Shown here one piece after another: positions 47,419 to 55,785 of a DNA stretch of 64,000 bases (the first letter of the stretch is position 1; each line of letters opens with the position of its first letter). The DNA is from an uncultured virus (IMG/VR IMGVR_UViG_3300025108_000034) (taxonomy: Duplodnaviria > Heunggongvirae > Uroviricota > Caudoviricetes). Both the position numbers and the translations under genes were made by a program. Below the pieces are notes generated by a model that saw nothing but the letters and a program-made list of their open reading frames with translations, ran no database searches and had not been told where the DNA came from. Location: the IMG/VR virus record IMGVR_UViG_3300025108_000034. One strand, 5' to 3'.

Positions 47419-48939
47419 ATGGCAGTCAAGAAAGGTAACGACTACCTCGAAAGAGCGTCCTTAGGTCAAGGCCTCGTAAAAGAGATCAAACACAAGAAAG
47501 CTGAGAAAGGACCGGGAAAAAATGTCGTCTTGTGGAAATTTATTCGCAAAGTATTTCCTCAGTATAAATTTTACAAATTTCATGCTAAAGTCATCGAACA
47601 ACTGCAGAGAGTCATTGACGGAGAATGCAATCGACTTATACTTCAGGTCCCGCCGAGACATGGAAAGAGCCTCCTTGCATCGCAATTACTTCCTGCTGCT
47701 TATCTTCTTGCTCATCCCGACCGTCATGTGGGTATCAGCTCTTACTCCGCAGAGCTTGCCGAAGGGTTCTCCCGTAAGGCAAGGGGCTATTTCAAGGAAG
47801 GCGGTGGTCTGCTAAGCGAGGAAAGCAAAGCTGTCAATGCTTGGGGAACAGAAGGAGGAGGCGGTTTGTGGGCGGCAGGTGTTGGCGGTGCCGTAACTGG
47901 CCGATCTGGACATCTTCTCATCGTTGACGATCCTGTAAAAAACAGAGAAGATGCTGAGTCTTCTAGGATAATGGAAAAACTTAATGACTGGTACACTTCA
48001 ACGCTCTACACAAGACTGGAGCCTCACGTTGGCGCGATCGTCATTATTCAGACGAGATGGTCCGAGAATGACATGATTGGCCAATTATTGGACAATGAAA
48101 AGAATGTTTCCGAGAAAGGCCGAGAAGGATGGACGATCGTTGATCTTCCAGCATTATATGAAGACAAAGATGATCGACCAAAGCTGCCTGAACACTGTCC
48201 TGTCATAGAAGATTGGCGATCGGAGATAGGAGAAGCCTTGTGTCCCCAGCGATATGATACAGACGCATTAGAGAGAATCAGAGAAGCTATTGGATCAAGA
48301 GATTTCGCTTCTCTGTATCAGCAAAGGCCAGCCCCAGAAGGCGGAAACCTGTTCGCTCCTGAATGGTGGCAATATTACAGCTGGGATAGTAATCTGCCCG
48401 ATTTTCAAAGAGTGATGCTTTCAGTTGACTGTACTTTTACGAACGCTAAAAACAGTGACTATGTCGTAGGCACAGTCGTTGGGCAAGCTGGAAATTCTTT
48501 TTATGTTCTGGACTTAGTAAGGGAGAAGCTTGACGTAGTGGGAACGATGGCAATGATTGCCAGGATGTACAAAAGGCATGCTCTGTCTGGTTGTGTTATT
48601 GAGCTCGCTGCGTCGGGTTATGCTGTTTATCAAATGATGCAAAAACGAATACCAGGCCTGATTGGCTTTAAGCCTGAGAAAAGCAAAGAGGCAAGGGCTT
48701 CTGGAATCGTGCCTTTAGTGGAAGCAGGTAATGTTTATTTACCTGTCAGCGCAACTTGGCTGGATGCTTTTTTAAATGAGTTTGCTTTGTTTCCAGCATC
48801 TAAGAACGACGACATGGTCGATAGCTTGACGATGGCTTTGAATTATTGTGCTCAGCGATCAGCCCCTCAGGCAACTTCGGTGACCTGGGGTAGAGGAGAT
48901 CGCGTATTACCAAACGCTTCAAAATATAACGCATGGTAA
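47419..48939 (+). CDS. Terminase large subunit
   Basis: Walker A 'PPRHGKS', 'LIVDDPVK', 'QTRW', nuclease 'SVD...SDY...NDDMVDS'. Confidence 0.97.
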   Translation: MAVKKGNDYLERASLGQGLVKEIKHKKAEKGPGKNVVLWKFIRKVFPQYKFYKFHAKVIEQLQRVIDGECNRLILQVPPRHGKSLLASQLLPAAYLLAHPDRHVGISSYSAELAEGFSRKARGYFKEGGGLLSEESKAVNAWGTEGGGGLWAAGVGGAVTGRSGHLLIVDDPVKNREDAESSRIMEKLNDWYTSTLYTRLEPHVGAIVIIQTRWSENDMIGQLLDNEKNVSEKGREGWTIVDLPALYEDKDDRPKLPEHCPVIEDWRSEIGEALCPQRYDTDALERIREAIGSRDFASLYQQRPAPEGGNLFAPEWWQYYSWDSNLPDFQRVMLSVDCTFTNAKNSDYVVGTVVGQAGNSFYVLDLVREKLDVVGTMAMIARMYKRHALSGCVIELAASGYAVYQMMQKRIPGLIGFKPEKSKEARASGIVPLVEAGNVYLPVSATWLDAFLNEFALFPASKNDDMVDSLTMALNYCAQRSAPQATSVTWGRGDRVLPNASKYNAW

Positions 48940-48961
48940 ACTGAAGATAAAGAAGGTTTAC

Positions 48962-49693
48962 ATGGCACGTCGCCCTGCTAAGTTTACAATGAATAACGAG
49001 CAGCGTAAGCTTGCTGCAGACAATCTAAACCTAGCAAGGAGAGAAGCTTGGAGACTTCAAAGAACTACTGAGATCGATTATCACACCTTGGAATCAGTAG
49101 CATTCGAGGGGTTATGCAAAGCGGCTTATCGTTATGACGCCTCAAGGCCTCATCCTATTACGGGAAAGAGCATGAAGTTCTCCAGTCTGGCGACACCAAC
49201 AATTCGCGGGGAGTTACTTCATTGGATAAGAGATAGGACTTACGCACTTAGACTGTCGCATAAAATGAGAGAGCGATGGGTCAAGGGGCGAAAGCTCCTT
49301 TACAGAGGAGCAAGTGATATCGAGGTGGCTGAAGAGCTTGGGATCGATCGTCAGGAGTGGCAAGAAATCCGCAAGGTTTGTTCTGGTCCTCCCCTTGAGC
49401 TAAAGGAGCAGGCGAAGCCCTCAGAGCCTTTGACGGCTAGTGAAATCGATTTCGGTGCCATGTATCTAGAGTTAGCGTCGTCAGCCATGGAAGAGCTAGA
49501 GGATCAATCTGAGGTCCTTGATCGATTGGAGATATATCTAAGCGGAACAGGATCTCGTCTCCCTACAGAAGCTATCGACAGGTTGCTTTCCATCGCAGGC
49601 TGCAGAGAGACTGATTGGTCCGAAGCAGGGATCGAACTGATTGATGGCTGTCAGAAACTGGCCAACAACCGCTATCAGCCAAATCTTTTCTGA
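48962..49693 (+). CDS. SigF/SigB-like alternative sigma factor
   Basis: 'AFEGLCKAAYRYD...FSSLATPTIRGELLHWIRDR...LRLS' matches group-3 sigma region 2. Confidence 0.85.
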   Translation: MARRPAKFTMNNEQRKLAADNLNLARREAWRLQRTTEIDYHTLESVAFEGLCKAAYRYDASRPHPITGKSMKFSSLATPTIRGELLHWIRDRTYALRLSHKMRERWVKGRKLLYRGASDIEVAEELGIDRQEWQEIRKVCSGPPLELKEQAKPSEPLTASEIDFGAMYLELASSAMEELEDQSEVLDRLEIYLSGTGSRLPTEAIDRLLSIAGCRETDWSEAGIELIDGCQKLANNRYQPNLF

Positions 49694-49725
49694 TACACTG
49701 GCTAGAGCCTTGCGGGCAATGGTCT

Positions 49726-51318
49726 ATGGCAATTACTCAAAAGACGCTTCAGGCTATAAAAGCAGCGCCATTGTCTACCGTTGTGGAAGCGACAGGAGGC
49801 TTGCTGAAGAAGGTAGGGCATGAATTCGTGACTCAATGCCTCTGGCATGAAGATACCAACCCCTCGTTGACGATTAGTGATCAAAAGGGGTTTTGTTTCT
49901 GTCATGTTTGCAGGGGGGGCGGAGATGTTCTTGACTATGTACAGAAAAGGAAAGGGCTAAATCTGAGGGACGCCGCTGAGCTAGTCGCTAGCGTTCATGG
50001 CATAGCTTTTGAAACGGATGACGAAGATTCGGAGCATGCAAGAGCAAGACGTGCCGCTTTTGCTCAGAATCTTGCGAAGATTGGCAGCATCCAAGAAACG
50101 TTTAGAAGTAACTGGACGGATCCTAGGGCGAGTAGAGTCCATGAGATATGGCTCGCGAGAGGATTGACTAAAGAGGCTTCTAAAGAGTTTGAAATAGGAT
50201 ACGCGCCTAATGGAGAATTTGCCGGAAGGATTACTATCCCGATCTATGATTACAAAAACCGACTTGTTGGATGGACTGGTCGAGCCACGAAAGAGGGCCA
50301 AAGCGCGAAATACAAGAACAGTGCAGATAGTGACATCTTTCACAAAAAGCTTCTTGTATTTAACGAACCACGGGGACTGGAAGCAGCTAGAGAAGCGGGA
50401 TGTCTTATTTTTGTTGAGGGACATCTAGATGTTCTTAGTATGTGGCAGGCTGGAATTCGCAACGTGGTTGCCATGCAAGGCACTGGAGCTCCTGACGTTT
50501 CGGTTCTAAAAAGGTTGTCTCGTAGTGTAAAGAATTTTGTGTTATGTTTTGATGGAGACGCCGGAGGTAGAAAAGCGGCTGAGCAGTTCCTTTCTGTAGG
50601 TGGCCCTATGGCTATGTCTGGTGAGATAAATATCAACATATCAACTTTGCCAGAAAAGAAAGATCCCGACGATATACTTAAAGAAGGTGGAGACTTGTAC
50701 AGCTTAATAGCTAGCGCTCCGTCATGGCTTGATTGGGTCATAGATACTTGGGCCGTAGATCTGGACAAAGAGAATACGTCTATGGTTACAGAAGTAGAAA
50801 AGAGATTAAGGCAATTGATAAATGGATTACATTCCAAAGCGCTTCGAACTCATTACATAGACAAAGCCTCACGGATTTTATCTATTAACGAAAAAGAAGC
50901 AGAAAAGATCAGCAAAGAATGGGGCAGTGCAGAGTATCGTCAACAAGTAAAGGCTTGGGAGCCAAGAGCTCCACATGAGATTCGATTAGCAGCAGAGCGT
51001 CGACTGTTGAGGATCTTCATTCACTGCGAAGACCAACGGGTAAGACTAGCTCCACTAGTTGAGCAAATAACAAACCCAGCTTTGCGGTGGCTCTGGGAGC
51101 GTCTTAAAGAGCTGGACAATTGTTCTTCGATAGATCTTACTCCTCATAGTGCAATGGCTGTTGTCGCTGTAGCCGAGCCGCACTACATGCAGCAACTACG
51201 GGCTTTGATTAGGCCGAATGTTTTTGTCGATACTAGTGAAGGAGTGATAGAGCATCTTAATGATATACTGGAAAGGGAAGCTCTGATCAAAGAAAGGAAT
51301 GAGTCTGACACCGATTAG
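49726..51318 (+). CDS. dnaG: DNA primase (DnaG type)
   Basis: CHC2 zinc finger 'CLWHEDTNPS...CHVC', 'AKYKNS', TOPRIM 'VEGHLDV...FDGDAGG'. Confidence 0.95.
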   Translation: MAITQKTLQAIKAAPLSTVVEATGGLLKKVGHEFVTQCLWHEDTNPSLTISDQKGFCFCHVCRGGGDVLDYVQKRKGLNLRDAAELVASVHGIAFETDDEDSEHARARRAAFAQNLAKIGSIQETFRSNWTDPRASRVHEIWLARGLTKEASKEFEIGYAPNGEFAGRITIPIYDYKNRLVGWTGRATKEGQSAKYKNSADSDIFHKKLLVFNEPRGLEAAREAGCLIFVEGHLDVLSMWQAGIRNVVAMQGTGAPDVSVLKRLSRSVKNFVLCFDGDAGGRKAAEQFLSVGGPMAMSGEININISTLPEKKDPDDILKEGGDLYSLIASAPSWLDWVIDTWAVDLDKENTSMVTEVEKRLRQLINGLHSKALRTHYIDKASRILSINEKEAEKISKEWGSAEYRQQVKAWEPRAPHEIRLAAERRLLRIFIHCEDQRVRLAPLVEQITNPALRWLWERLKELDNCSSIDLTPHSAMAVVAVAEPHYMQQLRALIRPNVFVDTSEGVIEHLNDILEREALIKERNESDTD

Positions 51319-52567
51319 TCACCTAAGAGAAGAAATCCTTGACCTTTACGAAGTCCATGGGTCCTATCTCGGAGCAGCAACTGCTCTTTACGAGAAATAT
51401 CCATATTTGGCAAAGCCCAACCAATTAAGGTCTTATATAAAAACAGAGATTCAAGCTATCGAGCCTGATGTCGAGATGCTTACGGAGACAGTCCGATTAG
51501 CAAAAAAGAATCAAGAACTACAAGACTTGAGTCGCATTCAAAACAAATCATTCAGAGATTATGCTCGAATCGAAAACTCGGTCCATGCTTACAGTGAGTC
51601 AATCCTTGCCGAGCTTCAGCTCCATGGTTCTAGGCTTAGTGATCTCCCTCGGCGTAATGGGCCTCTTGACCCTTCCTCTGCTGTTATCGTCGTCCATCTC
51701 TCAGACAACCACTGGAACGAATTAGTTAATCTACCTAGTAATCAGTTTGACTTCGAGATTGGATCTAAACGATTGCAATTATTTGCTCAAAAGATAAAGC
51801 TTCAGGGCAAAGCGTATGGAGCACAGCGGATCGTGGTGTTTTTTGGGGGAGATCTCATGAATAGCGATCGTCGGCTAGACGAACTACTTGCTATGAGCAC
51901 AAACCGTGCTCGTGCAACGCTGTTAGCTGTACACCTTTACAAACAGTTTTTAATGGACTTACGAGCAGATTTTTTCGTCGACTGTTTTGGAGTTACAGGC
52001 AATGAGTCACGAGCAAAAGAAGATCTAGGATGGGTCGATATTGTCGCTACCGATAGTTATGATTTCACGATTTACAGTATGCTTCAAGCTGTTTTTGATG
52101 CAACAAAGGATAGGGGAATGAGATTTCACGATTTTCAAGCTAACGAAGTTGTTTTTCAAATTCACAATCAAACGTTCTTAGGTCTTCACGGGCATCAAAT
52201 CTCTGCAACAGATCAGAAGAAAGTTCAAGCCATGATTGGGAAATATGCAGCCAAGGGCATTAATGTTACTCACATTCTCTGCGGTCACATCCATAGCACT
52301 ATCGTTTCGGACTACGTTTCTCGAAACGCCAGTCTCGTGGGTTCTAACGCCTATTCTGAGGAGGCACTGGGATTTGTCTCGAAAGCCGCGCAAAATTGTC
52401 ATGTTGTCACGCCTCAGGGGCTTGACGGAATCAAATGTGACCTGCAAAAAGTCGAGAATATTGAGGGTTATGAAATTATTGACAAGCTTGTTGAGTACAA
52501 TGCTAAGTCAGCCGGAAAAACGGGAGAAGCTGTTCTCAACGCTAGACCTGTGGTTCGAGTGATTTAA
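51299..52567 (+). CDS. Calcineurin-like metallophosphoesterase
   Basis: 'LSDNH...GGDL...GNE...HGH...GHIH'. Confidence 0.8.
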   Translation: MSLTPISHLREEILDLYEVHGSYLGAATALYEKYPYLAKPNQLRSYIKTEIQAIEPDVEMLTETVRLAKKNQELQDLSRIQNKSFRDYARIENSVHAYSESILAELQLHGSRLSDLPRRNGPLDPSSAVIVVHLSDNHWNELVNLPSNQFDFEIGSKRLQLFAQKIKLQGKAYGAQRIVVFFGGDLMNSDRRLDELLAMSTNRARATLLAVHLYKQFLMDLRADFFVDCFGVTGNESRAKEDLGWVDIVATDSYDFTIYSMLQAVFDATKDRGMRFHDFQANEVVFQIHNQTFLGLHGHQISATDQKKVQAMIGKYAAKGINVTHILCGHIHSTIVSDYVSRNASLVGSNAYSEEALGFVSKAAQNCHVVTPQGLDGIKCDLQKVENIEGYEIIDKLVEYNAKSAGKTGEAVLNARPVVRVI

Positions 52568-52614
52568 GAGATGCCAAGGTACTGTGCTTAATCCTGCGAA
52601 ATTGCTAACGAACT

Positions 52615-52812
52615 ATGAAAAACGTCACCATCTATACTCTTTCGAACTGTAAGTGGTGTCTTAAGGCTAAGAGGCTTCTTGAACTCCTCAAGGTATCCTA
52701 CACAGAAGTCAATGAAAAATTTGACGGTTACCCTACCGTTCCTTATATTGTCGTAGACGGTAAGCCCATAGGTGGCTTTACCGAATTCGCGGCTTATTGT
52801 CGTAAGCTTTAA
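52615..52812 (+). CDS. Glutaredoxin
   Basis: CKWC active site, 'TVP', 'IGGF'. Confidence 0.9.
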   Translation: MKNVTIYTLSNCKWCLKAKRLLELLKVSYTEVNEKFDGYPTVPYIVVDGKPIGGFTEFAAYCRKL

Positions 52813-52818
52813 ATTACT

Positions 52819-53454
52819 ATGAATTTCCGATCTATCTTGACCCCTGCCCTTTTCGCTTCTTTAGCTTTTGGGGGGCTGGGGTCTTTTCCTGTTCAGGCAG
52901 CAAGTTCCAAAAACTTTTGCCTAAATCCTCACCACAGAACTGTCCGCGACCGTCTAAAGCCTTTGGCAGACCTAATCGCAAGAGGAGAAGGAAACTACAA
53001 CTCTGTGAATCGTGGGTATGCTGGCGACACCCCTGGAGGTATTCAGTCTTTAACTGGGATGACCTTCGAGAACTACACAGTTGGTCAGATAGTATCGTAT
53101 CAGCACAGTTGGCTTCATGCTGTTGGTCGCTATCAGTTGATTCCTTCTACATTTCGTTTTGCTGTAGCCAATTCAGACGTCAGCCCTCTGGACATGTTCA
53201 CTCCCGAGGTTCAGGACAAGCTGATGGTGGCCTTGGTCCTGAACAAGAGACCTGCTGTTGGTGATTACCTTAAGGACCGACACGACTCACTGGGACTAGC
53301 CATGGATGAAATGGCTAGAGAGTGGGCTTCTATTGAATACAGAAGCGGGAGAGGCTACTATGATCACACTGGAGGAAATCGCGCTCACATTTCCAGGTCT
53401 CACCTTGCAAAAGTATTACGCAAAATTAAAACTGATTGGTACTTCATTACTTAG
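52819..53454 (+). CDS. Lysozyme-like protein with signal peptide
   Basis: 'LIARGEG.YNS.N...HAVGRYQLIPST...FTPEVQD...EWAS'. Confidence 0.75.
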   Translation: MNFRSILTPALFASLAFGGLGSFPVQAASSKNFCLNPHHRTVRDRLKPLADLIARGEGNYNSVNRGYAGDTPGGIQSLTGMTFENYTVGQIVSYQHSWLHAVGRYQLIPSTFRFAVANSDVSPLDMFTPEVQDKLMVALVLNKRPAVGDYLKDRHDSLGLAMDEMAREWASIEYRSGRGYYDHTGGNRAHISRSHLAKVLRKIKTDWYFIT

Positions 53455-53652
53455 TTTTGAACTAAATCATTATCAAAAGGATACTCCATGATTTCTAACT
53501 ACACAGTCATCTACGAGGATGGAGCTGGACACAGAAGAGAGTTCTACCTTAAAGCTAAATCAATAGCTCATGCTACTGTTTCGGCTAGAGAATTACTACC
53601 TGATTGTGTCACCATTGTCCGCGCTTATCACAATCCGTCTTGGGATTAATCC

Positions 53653-53892
53653 ATGCAAATAACTTATTCTTTTTTAGTCGTTTTAGTTTGTTGCTTTTAC
53701 CTGTGGCCACAAGAAACAAGTAATAGTATTGCAGCTGTCTCCCTAAAACTTCAGATTTATTACATAAATTACAGAACGAAATGGATGGCGTGGAAAATGT
53801 ACTGTCAGTTAAAGAAACTATGCAAAGAGTCTGGGTTCCCAGATCCCGGCCCGTTTACATTTGTAAACATATGGGAAAGAGATGTACGGTAA
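53653..53892 (+). CDS. Hypothetical membrane protein
   Basis: 79 aa, hydrophobic N-terminus. Confidence 0.5.
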   Translation: MQITYSFLVVLVCCFYLWPQETSNSIAAVSLKLQIYYINYRTKWMAWKMYCQLKKLCKESGFPDPGPFTFVNIWERDVR

Positions 53893-53931
53893 CCTGATAT
53901 ACTTGCAAAGTCTCCAGTTAGACTGCTTACG

Positions 53932-54066
53932 ATGGCCTTTTTCGTCAAAACAAACTCTCAAAAGCCTGGACCCAAGAAACGCACTTCTATTGGAAACGGC
54001 TTACGCAAACTTGGTAGCTACAAAAAGAAAAGCCAAAAGCCTTCAAGGGGCCAAGGCAGAAAATGA
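53932..54066 (+). CDS. Small basic protein (44 aa, ...PKKRTSIGNG...RGQGRK)
   Basis: Translated by hand; motif GGTAACCTGA at 53888. Confidence 0.55.
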   Translation: MAFFVKTNSQKPGPKKRTSIGNGLRKLGSYKKKSQKPSRGQGRK

Positions 54067-54252
54067 TTCAGCCCTTGCTTTGCACAGACCAAACTCTTTA
54101 TGCCTTATGACTTGCGAACCACCCTGCAAGAAATGCCAATGCGTCAAAGTCTGCGATCACTTAGAGCTCGACGACGACTTCTACTTTGAGTATGACTACA
54201 GTGCCTTAGCATCTGAAACACTTAGGTTCTTCAAAAAACAAGGTTACGACTA

Positions 54253-54462
54253 ATGTTTAATCTTTTCCGTAAACAGAACTATTTTCATTACGAAGTAATT
54301 TATCGTTACGGCAGTCGTCCATTTTTCTCTCGCGCAGTAATTAAGGCTTCAAGTCGTCACAAAGCTCATCGAAGCTTTGACACTGATCCTAATTTCGAGG
54401 GGTGTACTCGCGTCTGTGACGCCATCATCCTTGACAGTCGGCGTTTAGCAGAGAGAGGCTAA
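54253..54462 (+). CDS. Hypothetical protein
   Basis: TAATG-coupled 69-aa ORF. Confidence 0.45.
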   Translation: MFNLFRKQNYFHYEVIYRYGSRPFFSRAVIKASSRHKAHRSFDTDPNFEGCTRVCDAIILDSRRLAERG

Positions 54463-54518
54463 GTCGCTTGTGTATTATCGCGTGCGAATTTTGACCAACC
54501 CTCTCTTGCCTGCAGGTA

Positions 54519-54548
54519 GTGACAAAACGGCATCGATGGTGCATAATG
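54519..54548 (+). promoter_or_regulatory. Sigma70-type early promoter
   Basis: GTGACA ... CATAAT ahead of the GC-rich small genes. Confidence 0.5.
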
Positions 54549-54572
54549 AAGAGGCAGAGGCAGACAACCCCC

Positions 54573-54869
54573 ATGACCGGCTTCAACTACACAACCCGCC
54601 AGGATGTCCTTGACACCGTCACTGTTCACACCCTGATTGACGTCGAGGGCTCCATCAAGAGCTTCAAGCGCAGCTGCCGCCCCGCTGGCCGTGGCCGCCC
54701 CACTCGCCGTGGCACTCGTCTCATCAACTTTGACGGCCTGACCATCGAGGTCAAGATAGGCGAATCCTGCCTGGGTGCTGGCGGCTTCGGAATGACCACC
54801 ACCCTCCTCCTGAACGGGAAGCGCACCACGATCCAGAAGATCGCCAAGGCCCACCTCGCCTGCAGGTAA
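54573..54869 (+). CDS. Hypothetical early protein (GC-rich codons)
   Basis: Start MTGFNY; followed by a GGCCC-TTCG-GGGCC hairpin. Confidence 0.6.
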   Translation: MTGFNYTTRQDVLDTVTVHTLIDVEGSIKSFKRSCRPAGRGRPTRRGTRLINFDGLTIEVKIGESCLGAGGFGMTTTLLLNGKRTTIQKIAKAHLACR

Positions 54870-54920
54870 TTTCCTCGGCCCTTCGGGGCCCTTCTCCTGT
54901 CCTGATTAGAACCCTGACCA

Positions 54921-55376
54921 ATGAGATCCTCCCATCCCACCGGGCTCCACTTCCATCGCCGCAACCCAGACCCCCGCAGGGGGAGCCATGGCGACTGCGT
55001 GGTCCGCGCCATCACCCTGGCCACTGGCGACCCCTACGACTACGTGTTCCAGCAGCTCCACCGGCTGATGGAGGGCTTCAACCGCTCAGGCACGCCAAAC
55101 GGCGGAGTCCCGAACAGCATCTCGAGGCATTGGATGCGCCGCCAGGGCTGGGAGTGGTATCCCCTTCCGGCGGGAACCATCTTCAAGGCTGCGAACATGC
55201 CGGAGCTGTGCATCGCCTCCCAAGCGACTCATCTTGTGCTGGTCGCTAACGGTTCCATCTGGGACACCTGGGACAGCCGGGGCAAGCGCCAGAAAAAACT
55301 CGAGGGTTACCTTGCGCCCCTTGGTGCCGGAGCGACGATCGCCGAGTGGATTAAAACAGAATGTTGCATCGCTTGA
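54921..55376 (+). CDS. Conserved phage protein (GDCVVRAI..A motif)
   Basis: 'NP...GDCVVRAITLATG..Y...HL......DTWDS' suggests a Cys/His/Asp peptidase-like fold. Confidence 0.65.
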   Translation: MRSSHPTGLHFHRRNPDPRRGSHGDCVVRAITLATGDPYDYVFQQLHRLMEGFNRSGTPNGGVPNSISRHWMRRQGWEWYPLPAGTIFKAANMPELCIASQATHLVLVANGSIWDTWDSRGKRQKKLEGYLAPLGAGATIAEWIKTECCIA

Positions 55377-55446
55377 CAGCCTCGGGTAGCTGATTTAGAA
55401 CAGGGACATCAGCAACCCAGACAGACGACCACCCGCACCCAACACC

Positions 55447-55683
55447 ATGACTACCACCACCTACAGCCCTCAGGCGATCAACCTCGCAAACTTTGAAATA
55501 GGAGTTCAGTTTCACCTTCCTACAGATGACCTTCATTGGATCCCTAACGGATTCGAGACAGTCACTTTAGTAGTCGACAGGCAAGACCTGGAAGACGACA
55601 AGTACGACACCTTGAGCTGTGCCGCCGAAGCGTGGTGCGACTCAAAAGGATACTCCTTCTTTCAATTGATCGAAGAGCCATAG
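55447..55683 (+). CDS. Hypothetical protein
   Basis: TTGACA at about 55373 upstream; terminator at about 55710-55738. Confidence 0.55.
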   Translation: MTTTTYSPQAINLANFEIGVQFHLPTDDLHWIPNGFETVTLVVDRQDLEDDKYDTLSCAAEAWCDSKGYSFFQLIEEP

Positions 55684-55785
55684 CCAACGAACGAATAACA
55701 ACCTGCTGAGAAGCCCTCAACCCATCGGGGGCTTTTTAGTGTATGATCTCCTGGTAGACTACCTTCACGCAAAAAAAAACATCAC

